This document shows positions 42,960 through 52,953 of a stretch of 64,000 nucleotides of DNA, piece by piece. A model generated the notes under the pieces. That model made no database searches. It was not told the origin of the DNA and worked only from the letters and a program-made list of their open reading frames with translations. Made by a program: the position numbers and the translations under genes. The stretch's first letter is position 1, and every line of letters begins with the position of its first letter. The stretch comes from Ylistrum balloti (taxonomy: Eukaryota), in contig NW_026782260.1 of NCBI RefSeq assembly GCF_031769215.1, forward strand, positions 2,542,001 through 2,606,000, written 5' to 3'.

Positions 42960-43365
42960 TTTGACGTGGAAATATTCCAACTTCTATGCGATCGTAGAAG
43001 GCGTTGACTTCCACGAAAGTTTGCCAAATCTAGATCGTTTGGACGCTTCACTCAAGCACTTGATAGTCTTAGACGGTGGCCGAAGTGGATACAGGAGTGA
43101 TGTCGTGATTTACGAATAAAAAGTCATCACAGAAACATCAGCGTGATGTACATCGTACAAAACAAAGAACACAGATACATTATGAAAAATCCTATAGACG
43201 TTTCGCAAATCAGATGTCTGTCCCAACAGATGTTTCCGGGAGAAAGCACTCTTCTGCGAGAAACTTGTGATGACGCAACATCTAAGCCCAACGACTTTTG
43301 CTAATAGACGCGAAACAAGACACTCACCCTGACCAGCCTGCGTACCGATATATTTCCCGTACAAT
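42960..43365 (+). pseudogene. Maverick DNA-packaging ATPase (A32/FtsK-HerA family), disrupted
   Basis: VEGVDFHESLP..KHLIVLD (Walker B-like). After a frameshift: KSHHRNISVMYIVQN..KNPIDVSQIRCLSQQMFPG..DATSKP..LRTDIFP. No Walker A motif was recognisable. Confidence 0.85.
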
Positions 43366-43439
43366 GTTAAAAGGTTTATCTTCCCTAAAATTAGATATAA
43401 GGAAACTGCATATCGAAACAATTTTCAAACATTCAAAAC

Positions 43440-43716
43440 ATGTCGTTTCTCGAAAAACATTGTAGGGACTGCCACGTGTAAAGCGACCCTCGAAAAGGCC
43501 GACGAATGTCTAATTGCATTTGTGAGTGCTTTCAAAACATATTACGAGGTCGCGTGCCGTTGACGAAACAACAGAAGAAACGTTTGTCACTTCATCAAAC
43601 CGGTCTTCGTAACAAAAAATGGTATCGTCCGAAGTGGGGCTTACATTCAGACTCTGACACCCGTAGTGTTACCGTTAGCATCCGAACTCTTGGATGGACT
43701 GTTCCAAGGAATATGA
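43440..43716 (+). pseudogene. Conserved Maverick hypothetical ORF (CxCEC..N.L.G.V.L family), disrupted
   Basis: KADECLI/NCICECFQNILRGRVPLTKQQKKRLSLHQTGLR, then in another frame GIVRSGAYIQTLTPVVLPLASELL. Motif and position after the ATPase match my recollection of Maverick ORFs; no search was run. Confidence 0.7.
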
Positions 43717-44096
43717 GAAAGAGGTCTTTGGTAATGTAGGGATACAGTGTACGAATGGCGGCGATATAGACGGTGATACGTCAAACATCTTAAATTGAGA
43801 CGATCTTCCGTTAGGCGATAAAATGGCGTTATATAATCAGACTTTACATAAGTACATGTCCAGGTACCAGCAACACAGACTTGATAGTGATAAACCTATA
43901 TTGATGAATACCACCCACTCGGTGGGTGTACCGAAGGGCAACGCAGAGAACGAGAGGAACGTAGCTTCCTCTCCGGCACAAAATACTCCGCTAGTTCCTG
44001 TTACACAACAAAGAATCCCGACGTCTCATCGAACGGTACCTCCAGTCATACAACGAACAGTAGAAAATATCGACAAGGATATGGTGGAATGGAAAA

Positions 44097-44136
<40 letters not shown>

Positions 44137-44344
44137 CTTTAAAAAAGCTGGGAGAGATATAAACCTACAGATAAACATATCAAAAGAGAAGCTTGTCAAA
44201 AGGACAAACAGTCTATTTATTGAAAAAAAAAAAAAAGAAAAGAAAACACGCACGCAAACAAAAGTGTCTACGGACAAAACGTATAGTAGTAATTTTTGGT
44301 CAGAAATAACCGCGAGAGAATTTTTTCTTTTGTCAAATCTATGA
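43713..44344 (+). pseudogene. Conserved Maverick hypothetical ORF (..IL...DL....K..LYNQ.L..Y family), disrupted, containing a (GAT)n expansion
   Basis: SNILN*DDLPLGDKMALYNQTLHKY. The ORF track shows 43823-44344, with poly-Asp from a (TGA) run at about 44098-44136. Confidence 0.55.
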
Positions 44345-44419
44345 TTTAACTGTTGGCGATCAACAGGGTTCTTTGTGGGGTGCTTTGTTGAGCAGAAGTA
44401 TCGGCTATCCATCCATTAC

Positions 44420-45175
44420 AAAGAAACATAACATAACCCTACCTAGTAACAGTTCAAGGGAAAATTACCCTGATAATACTTACCACTTACACTACGCGAT
44501 TATCGCAACCTCTAGACCTCAAAGGTTCTTGGGAAATCGGTTTAGTCGAAATTCAATATCCTTATTCTTGGTTTAACGTGAACGAAGGCGAACTGTGGTC
44601 AGAAAAGATCGTCGGCAGTAGTGAGAACGTTGCTTCTGCGCAGTTCGATCCAAGAGTATCGGTGAAACTATACGTGAAGGCAAGTTATTTTCCGACAGCC
44701 TATTGGAATATCTGTGTGGATCTAAAGGAATGGTCTCGCACGGCGACATATTTAGAATTAATGTCGATGACGTCGACTGTAGAGTTACGTTTACGATATC
44801 GGTTGGCTTACGTATCGTAGTGAGCGAAAGATTTGCAAAATTGTTAGGTTTCGAGTAAAAGAGATTTTCAGAGGGAAAACATACGGGGAATTACATGGCA
44901 GACGTCAGACAGGGATTCTATTCCATCTATGTATATTGTCCGTTAGTAGAACCTCACGTGGTAGATGGCACGAGACTTCCGCTAGTTTCCATAGAAGACA
45001 AACCAGGACGTGCCGTGAGTAAGGAATTTCAACCCATTCATTACCTTGCTATCCATCAAAGGCAATTTCAAGAAAATTAACATAATGTTGAAAGACGATA
45101 CGGGTAAGCCAATTCCATTCGAGAGTGGGAAAGTTGTCGTCACGTTACACTCTATACGCAAAAAAATCTATATAA
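44420..45175 (+). pseudogene. Maverick minor capsid (penton-like) protein, disrupted
   Basis: ITLPSNSSRENYPDNT, then frameshifted PLDLKGSWEIGLVEIQYPYSWFNV. Later SIYVYCPLVEPHVV..KEFQPIHY and MLKDDTGKPIPFESGKVVVTLH. These are the characteristic N- and C-terminal blocks of this family. Confidence 0.8.
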
Positions 45176-45219
45176 GGAAGTAATTTTTTGAAAATACAGA
45201 AATACTTTTTATCAAAGAA

Positions 45220-45620
45220 ATGAAAGTAACTCACAATAGCGACGAAAGTCTATTCGATAGATATTACTTAAATTAAGCCGGAGGTGGAGCTGACGTTTTT
45301 AGAGGAGTTCGAATACAGCGAGGACACGAATTAGGGGATATCGTTGAAAGTATTTTCGAATCGACCGCCCCTCTAGTAAGATCGGGAATGAAAGTCATGG
45401 CACCCATTTGAAGATTAGTGTTAAGGCTTTAGGCAAATAGGCTTTAAGAACTGGCATGGATTTAAGGGAAGATTTGTTGAGTGGTAAATATATTAAAACA
45501 TTGACTAGAAAACGATTTTCCGAAGCAAAACATCGACTCAAACGCAAAACCTTGCAAAGCCGTGACAAAAGAATAAAAACACGCGGGAAAACATGTCAAA
45601 GAGACATTTTCGATACATGA
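45220..45620 (+). pseudogene. Maverick core-like (pVII-like, Gly-rich basic) protein, disrupted
   Basis: MKVTHNSDESLFDRYYLN*AGGGADVFRGVRIQRGHELGDIVESIF..PLVRSG..GK*ALRTG.DL..DLLSGK, ending RDIFDT*. Confidence 0.7.
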
Positions 45621-45703
45621 TCCATCTCCATATATATCCATCATTTTCAAAGGGAAATTTCATTAATGATTTGCTTCACCAATGACTGTGATATTTGATA
45701 TAA

Positions 45704-45920
45704 ATGTCTTTTCATTCTAATTAGTGCGAATGCACGAAATCAGAATTAGATTTGTTTGACGTACCTCCCACTCAAACCATTGTAGAAGACGGTCATTGGC
45801 ATTATATAGGGTCGGTAACTGCTGTAAAAGATGGTGGACCTTAAGAATTTAGCATTTCTGGAGCTGGGGAAGACTATCTGGAAATACCTTTCTACACGTC
45901 AAAACACAAATAGTAAGTCG
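45704..45920 (+). pseudogene. Maverick major capsid protein (double jelly-roll), N-terminal fragment only
   Basis: MSFHSN*CECTKSELDLFDVPPTQTIVEDGHWHY..DGGP*EFSISGAGEDYL, then frameshifted NTFLHVKTQIV. Homology ends just before the 62-bp array. Confidence 0.85.
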
Positions 45921-45943
45921 AATTACATAATCTACCATTGCTA

Positions 45944-46295
45944 AACACATAAATGACGCCATCAAAACCAACCCGTCAGTCGAAATACGTACTCTACCAT
46001 AGCCAAATACACCAATGACGTCATCAAAACCAACCCGTCAGTCGAAATACGTACTCTACCATAGCCAAATACACCAATGACGTCATCAAAAACCAACCCG
46101 TCAGTCGAAATACGTACTCTACCATAGCCAAATACATCAATGATTTCTTCAAAACCAACCCGTCAGTCGAAATACGTACTCTACCATAGCCAAATACAGC
46201 AATGACCTCGTCAAAACCAGCCCGTCAGTCGAAATACGTACTCTACCATAGCCAAATACATCAATGACTTCTTCAAAACCAACCCGTCAGTCGAA
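45944..46295. repeat. 62-bp minisatellite, ~5.5 copies, at the Maverick breakpoint
   Basis: Unit catcaaaaccaacccgtcagtcgaaatacgtactctaccatagccaaatacaccaatgacgt. Confidence 0.93.
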
Positions 46296-46389
46296 AAACT
46301 CCGCCATCATAGCTACAGAAATGGTAAGTTAACTAAAAACCGATGGCGTCACACTCTCCAATAATGATATGAAGATACTGGAGGACCTC

Positions 46390-48050
46390 TGTGTTATCGT
46401 CGTTCTTCTTGTTGATATTGCCGTTATTGGTGTTGTCGTCGTTCTTCTTGTTGATGTTGCCGTTATTGGTGTTGTCGTCGTTCTTCTTGTTGATGTTGCC
46501 GTTATTGGTGTTGTCGTTCTTCTTGTTGATATTGCCGTTATTGGTGTTGTCGTTCTTCTTGTTGATATTGCCGTTATTGGTGTTGTCGTCGTTCTTCTTG
46601 TTGATGTTGCCGTTATTGGTGTTGTCGTTCTTCTTGTTGATGTTGCCGTTATTGGTGTTGTCGTCGTTCTTCTTGTTGATATTGCCGTTATTGGTGTTGT
46701 CGTCGTTCTTCTTGTTGATGTTGCCGTTATTGGTGTTGTCGTCGTTCTTCTTGTTGATGTTGCCGTTATTGGTGTTGTCGTCGTTCTTCTTGTTGATATT
46801 GCCGTTATTGGTGTTGTCGTCGTTCTTCTTGTTGATGTTGCCGTTATTGGTGTTGTCGTTCTTCTTGTTGATATTGCCGTTATTGGTGTTGTCGTTCTTC
46901 TTGTTGATATTGCCGTTATTGGTGTTGTCGTCGTTCTTCTTGTTGATGTTGCCGTTATTGGTGTTGTCGTTCTTCTTGTTGATATTGCCGTTATTGGTGT
47001 TGTCGTCGTTCTTCTTGTTGATATTGCCGTTATTGGTGTTGTCGTCGTTCTTCTTGTTGATGTTGCCGTTATTGGTGTTGTCGTCGTTCTTCTTGTTGAT
47101 GTTGCCGTTATTGGTGTTGTCGTCGTTCTTCTTGTTGATATTGCCGTTATTGGTGTTGTCGTCGTTCTTCTTGTTGATGTTGCCGTTATTGGTGTTGTCG
47201 TTCTTCTTGTTGATGTTGCCGTTATTGGTGTTGTCGTCGTTCTTCTTGTTGATATTGCCGTTATTGGTGTTGTCGTTCTTCTTGTTGATATTGCCGTTAT
47301 TAGTGTTGTCGTTCTTCTTGTTGATATTGCCGTTATTGGTGTTGTCGTTCTTCTTGTTGATATTGCCGTTATTGGTGTTGTCGTCGTTCTTCTAGTTGAT
47401 ATTGCCGTTATTGGTGTTGTCGTCGTTCTTCTTGTTGATATTGCCGTTATTGGTGTTGTCGTCGTTCTTCTTGTTGATGTTGCCGTTATTGGTGTTGTCG
47501 TTCTTCTTGTTGATGTTGTCGTCATTGTTGTTGTTGGTTTGATTGTTGATGTTGTAGTTGCTGTCGTTGTGGTGTTGTTGTTGTGGTTGTTGCGTTGTTG
47601 GTGTTGTAAGTGTTGTAGTTATTGTCGTTGTGGTGTTGTTGTCGTTGTTGTGTTGTTGGTGTCGTTAGTGTTGTTGTTGGTGTCGTTGTGGTGTTGTTGT
47701 CGTTGTTTTGTTGATGTTGTCGTCATTATTGTTGTTGGTTTGATTGTTGATGTTGTAGTTGCCGTCGTTGTGTTGTTGTTGGTGTCGTTGTTGTTGGTGT
47801 CGTAAGTGTTGTTGTTGTAGTTGTTGTCGTTGTGGTTGTTGTGGTTGTTGCGTTGTTGGTGTTGTAAGTGTTGTAGTTGTTGTCGATGTGGTGTTGTTGT
47901 CGTTGTTGTGTTATTGGTGTCGTTAGTGTTGTTGTGGTGTAGTTGTCGTTGTTTTGTTGTTAGTGTCGTTAGTGTTGTCGTCGTTGTGGTGTTGTTGTCG
48001 TTGTTGTGTTATTGGTGTCGTTAGTATTGTTGTTGTGGTGTTGTTATTAC
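46390..48050. repeat. 36/39-bp minisatellite (to about 47520) merging into a degenerate (GTT/GTC)n tract
   Basis: Unit gttcttcttgttgatattgccgttattggtgttgtc(gtc). Confidence 0.96.
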
Positions 48051-48497
48051 ATGTAAGTCCTGTGAGCACTCCGCCCTAGTTGTTCGCTATAGCTGTATCC
48101 CACCTAGCTCGTCTGCCGATCGATTCCACGCTCAGCTGCAGTACAATCATTCACTCCGACTGGTGGTATTTCTCCTCGCCATCTGGGTCTAGGCCATGAC
48201 GTCACACTGCCATTCATTAATCTCGAGCCTCTCTGTACTATGACGACAGTGCCGGCGTGTTCATGAACTCAACAAAGATTTGAACGTCATCTCGAAAATC
48301 ATCGTCGCATTTACAATGCGTGTGACAATATTGCTAAAGGTCACTTGCCAATACAGTCGGAAGTGGGATATTGAGCTTCAATATTAGTAAGAGTACAGAA
48401 ACTACGTCTTTGGTAATGTTCTGACATTTTGGCTATTCTGTCAATGTACTATTGAGACGTCTGATGGCGATGTTGTTTGTATATCAGTTTTATTTAA

Positions 48498-48501
<4 letters not shown>

Positions 48502-48530
<29 letters not shown>
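48502..48530. repeat. (AT)n microsatellite
   Basis: About 14 AT units. Confidence 0.95.
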
Positions 48531-48532
<2 letters not shown>

Positions 48533-48779
48533 AGACCTTGGCTTCTCCGATGAATTATTTTTCCTGATTTAGTAATAAAGTACAAACTTATTATATATAA
48601 GAATTTTTGAGAAAACACAAGAAGCTAATATATTTTTCGTTTGTATGTACACAACATTTTTAGGAACGCAGGTATCCAAATAATATACGTGACATATGTA
48701 TCCAGGAAAACTCGTATGGTACACGTGTCTTGGTAGAACGAACATGACACGTGGTATGCTAATAGAACACACCTGACAA

Positions 48780-49378
48780 ACATATCTAGTTAAACGTACA
48801 TAACACATGTGTCCATGTATAACGTAGTGACACATGTTTCCGGGTAGAACGTACGTGACACACTATCCTGGTAAAAAGTACATGACACATGTATCCTGGA
48901 GAAAAGTACGTGACACGTATCCTGGTAGAACGTACATGACACACGTATCCTGGTAGAACGTACATGACACACGTATCCTGGTTAAAAGCACGTGACACAC
49001 GTATCCTGGTAAAAAGTACGCGACACACGTATCCTGGTACAACGTACATGACACACGTATCCTGGTACAACGTACATGACACACGTTTCCTGGTAGAACG
49101 TACGTGACACACGTATCCTGGTAGAACGTACATGAAACACGTACATTGGTAGAACGTACGTGACACACGTATCCTGGTACAACGTACATGACACACGTAT
49201 CCTGGTTAAAAGCACGTGACACACGTATCCTGGTAAAAAGTACGCGACACACGTATCCTGGTACAACGTACATGACACACGTATCCTGGTACAACGTACA
49301 TGACACACGTTTCCTGGTAGAACGTACGTGACACACGTATCCTGGTAGAACGTACATGAAACACGTACATTGGTAGAG
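48780..49378. repeat. 28-bp minisatellite with a 224-bp (8-mer) higher-order duplication
   Basis: Unit acacacgtatcctggtagaacgtacatg. The variant series starting at 48977 recurs at 49201. Confidence 0.93.
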
Positions 49379-50036
49379 AGTGCACACAACACAATTACTA
49401 TATAGTTCACCACAAGTTAGAGGCTATTTCATCACACAACACAATTTCTACTTAGTTCACAGGTATTGCGAGCTGGACAATCTTTACAAATTGCCAATGG
49501 AGATCAACACTTTGAACCTTTAATTCCGTCGTCATGACGACACTGCATTTCATATAGGGACTATGTAGAATACCATTTATCAAAAACCCTTGTCTTGAAT
49601 GAATATTTAATCGTTTATTCGTATCACTATCATATTCACCACCAGTCAGTTAAATTTACGTTACAATTTACATGAAATGGAGAGATAATCTAAGGGAAGT
49701 AACTCTGATAGATCCCAATCGTATATAAAACGAGATATCAGCACAGGGTTTATGAACGATATGTATATTTAAGTCCCTAGTTTTACCAAATCGAGACATT
49801 ATATTATAAAAAGGACACTTAAATGCTTATCTTTACTTCCTTACTAGCTGACTTATCACGTGTTTTAACCTCAAATAAATGATTCATTATCGATGTCAAG
49901 TGAAACAGCCGTTCTGACGGAGAATCGTCGCTGATTCTACGTCTACATAGTGGTCACGTCATGGGTGGCTGTACCGTAAATCAGCTGTTTCTGGCTATTT
50001 TATATAGATCGCTACAGACGCCATAATTTATTTCAA

Positions 50037-50105
50037 CGCCACCGCTAGGATTCGAACTCGGGTCCTCTTGCAAGTCTGACGCTCGATCGATCGAGCTAAA
50101 GAGAG
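50037..50105 (-). pseudogene. tRNA-derived sequence within the 3' LTR
   Basis: TAGCTCGATCG (A-box-like) ... TCAGACTTGCAA ... GAGTTCGAATCC (B-box). The anticodon arm is partly deleted. Confidence 0.65.
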
Positions 50106-50273
50106 ATTCTCTGTGGCTGAGCGGTGTAGTGTGGCTAGTATTTAGCAGGGTTACATACTCCCCCTCCAAAAAATAAATCGTCCTCAAGTGTCCAGCGATA
50201 ATTGTGAAAGTAACACTAAGTAATTTTTTCCAAGTCCCTACATGGGCGTCAAAGTGACAATTAATTATTTCAG

Positions 50274-50346
50274 TGCCTCCGTTAGAATTCGAACCCGGGA
50301 CCCCAGGCTTACAAATCTGAAGTTCAACCGATCAAATTAAAGAAAA
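50274..50346 (-). pseudogene. tRNA-derived sequence within the 5' LTR
   Basis: TTCAGATTTGTAAGCCTGGGGTCCCGGGTTCGAATTCT, with a B-box-like motif. The A-box is degraded. Confidence 0.6.
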
Positions 50347-51959
50347 GTTCTCTGGACGCGAATACTGTATTGCGGCTAGTATTTACAAGGGTTATAATAC
50401 ACATTATCATTTCTTCTTCGACGACGATAAGCAGGTTCCATTTTAACGGTTTTCTGGGTCCTTTATTTGAAAAATTATAAGATTGGAAACATCTATATAT
50501 GCCATGAGTAATTTTATGTGACAACATCTGATGCAACGAGACAAGATAGCTCAGCCGTTTCTATACTGTGTAGTAGGTAGGTATACGACAACGGGGTCCA
50601 GAGCAAACCCTGTGATCTTGGATAGCAGAAGCCAGGGCAAGTTCTGGTCAAAACAACAGTGAGACTGTTCTGTAATATTGTAGGGATTCCAAAAAGATCT
50701 TACCGCGCAAGGGATCTGTTTTCCACAGGTTAGCTATTTTTAACAGACGTGGAAAACCCATTTTGACCTCCCAGAGTTATTGTCCTTGTTTTACTTCGTC
50801 AGATGGTCTGACAGCCGACGAGGGCCGAGAAAAACTGGGCTCTTTTATATGACGGTGGTTTCGCTCTTCCAGGGAGGTTTCTGTATTATACTGTATATTT
50901 CACTGCAATAGATGATTTTTTAAAAAATATTTCTTTGAAATTAATAAAACAGAAAACAACACAAGATTACGCCATATATAAAAATATCAAATATGAAATA
51001 CATACATCAATAAAATATTTCATATAGCAAATCAGATATTCTTACAAAACAACCAATAAAATGACAGTGTAGTGACAACTTGTAATCAATTGACATTACA
51101 AACCTAAAGAAAAGGCTTTTATACTTTATATACTATCGAATTTGTTGACATACAATACATATAATAATGTTATATTTCTTAAAATATACGATTTTACCAT
51201 GATTTGCTTCTTACGGGGAGTATAATACAAAGGGATATTGATATGTTCCCGGTTACTTGATACACATTACATATAATAATGCAGCTTTGACTGACATAAG
51301 ATATATGACATTAATTGGTTGATATACAGCACAGGTACAAAAACACAGGATATATATAGTAAAAAATGTGATGCTGCGTTTCTATACTGCGCATGCGTTG
51401 TTGATCCTTCGAGTCTGAAGGCGCTTCCGGTTTACATTCGTCAGTCTATTGTCGATGTTTCGGTATCCTTTCGCAAGTATGGTGGCTGATTACTGACATT
51501 TCTCTGTTTTGTTTTCCAATGGCGATAATTGACGGGGACGAAAAGACGAAGATGATCGTTCTGTCGGGGCGATAATACATCGAAATGACAGAAATCAGCT
51601 CCTTCTGTATCGCTCTGTATCCTGTTAATTTCATTGGTTTCCTGAACCTCATTAAACACCCTGTTGATGGTAGATATGCTGGGGTTCGTGTAACGTACCT
51701 TCTTCAGCTACCCATACCGTGCTTCCAAACGTTTAGTGGTGCGAGATCCCTCTCATCACTGTTACAACCAGACAGAGCTTATCTGTGTCGTAATAGCTAC
51801 ATGTAACAAGGGGTGCACACCTCAGGCAGTGCCTTTCGTTCTGTGTGTTATCGTTCACAGGACCCGTATACTAACAATAAACAGCTAGGTAAGATGTTTT
51901 ATACGTCTCTGGAGAGAGGTATTAATTATTTCAAGTAAGATTGAATACTTAATTATAAT

Positions 51960-52953
51960 TACCTAGGGTTTACAGACAGTAACGGTTATATGATATGGTA
52001 GCAACATTAGGGAATGAATACCCTTCATATGCTGCAGTGGAAAGGCGGGTGACGAAATTGAAGAATGGCAGACAGAGCCTTGGGGATGACGCCCGTCTTG
52101 GAAGGCCTGTCAGTGTTGTAACACCAGAAATGGTCAATAAAGTCTATGGTATTGGTATGGCTGAGAGATATATAGCCAGTACAGTTGGGATATCACAGGA
52201 AAGAGTACATTCCATTCTTACGGCGGATCTTGCAATAAGAAAGCTCTCGGCCCGTTGGGTACCAAGACTTCTAACAACTGATCAGATGCACACCAGGCGG
52301 ACTTCGTCGCGTGCTAATCTGAACTTTTTAGAGGCAGCTCCTGCTAACTTTCAGCATAGGTTTGTGACTAAAACGTGGGTCCATCATTTTACCCCAGAGG
52401 ACCAAACAATAGTCTAAACAATGGAAGCACCCTGGTTCACCCCCAGCAAAGAAGGCAAAGACTGTTCCATCAACTGGAAAGGTTATGACCTCGGCTATCT
52501 GCAAAAGGGACAAGCAATCAATGGCACATATTACGCATCGCTTCTTAGGCAGTTAAGAGAAAATATTAAACACGAGCACTGTAGAAAACTCAGTAAAGGT
52601 GTGACAATGCCCCTGTTCACAAGTCTGTCATTGCCATAGCTGCCATTGACGACTGTGGCTTTGAATTGATAGAGCATCCGCCTTATTCACCTGATCTCGC
52701 TCCATCAGACTTTCATCTGTTTCCAATAGTGATAAAAGGTCATTTCCGGTACCCACTTTCAGTCATAAATTTAGTGGAGGACATTTTGAACGGTCAAGAA
52801 AAGGACTTCTTTAAAAGTGGTGTTGAGGCCCTTAAACATCACTGGCAAAAGTGTATAGATACTGAAGAGGATTATGTTTAAAAATAACGCAATATGTCCG
52901 CCAAAAGTCAAACACTTAGATATGCAGCTCACAACTTATCAGTTAGCCCTCGG
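51960..52953 (+). mobile_element. Mariner (Tc1/mariner, D34D) transposon relic, 5'-truncated and frameshifted
   Basis: Motifs PSY..V..GR.SL.DDARLGRP, KLSARWVPRLLT, FVT(GD lost)KTWVHH, YLQKGQAINGTYYASLLRQL and DNAPVH...HPPYSPDLAPSD, with 34 residues between the two Asp. A probable right TIR lies at about 52931-52953. No left TIR was found. Confidence 0.9.

Larger units (their letters stand above)
42172..45920 (+). mobile_element. Degenerate Maverick/Polinton (endogenous adintovirus-like) element: integrase plus virion morphogenesis module
   Basis: Manual translation across frameshifts and stops gives seven co-oriented ORF relics with Polinton-type motifs, in the order INT, ATPase, ORF, ORF, minor capsid, core-like, major capsid. 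No pPolB, protease or terminal inverted repeats were seen. Confidence 0.88.
50016..50396 (-). mobile_element. TRIM-like miniature non-autonomous LTR retroelement with tRNA-containing LTRs
   Basis: Two ~140-bp direct repeats (about 50016-50155 and 50255-50396) begin TGTAACCC and TATAACCC on the minus strand. The ~98-bp internal region has a PBS-like TGACGCCCATGTAGGGACTTG (about 50231-50251) just after the 5' repeat. A polypurine tract GGAGGGGGAGTA (50156-50167) directly precedes the 3' repeat. Confidence 0.65.

Noticed and set aside
46329-47805. Long ORFs of 334-478 aa (Thr-rich mucin-like on minus; Val/Leu-rich on plus)
   Set aside because: Several frames on both strands are open simply because GTT/GTC-based units lack stop codons. 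There are no convincing splice sites or unique domains. A mucin exon cannot be fully excluded without RNA data.
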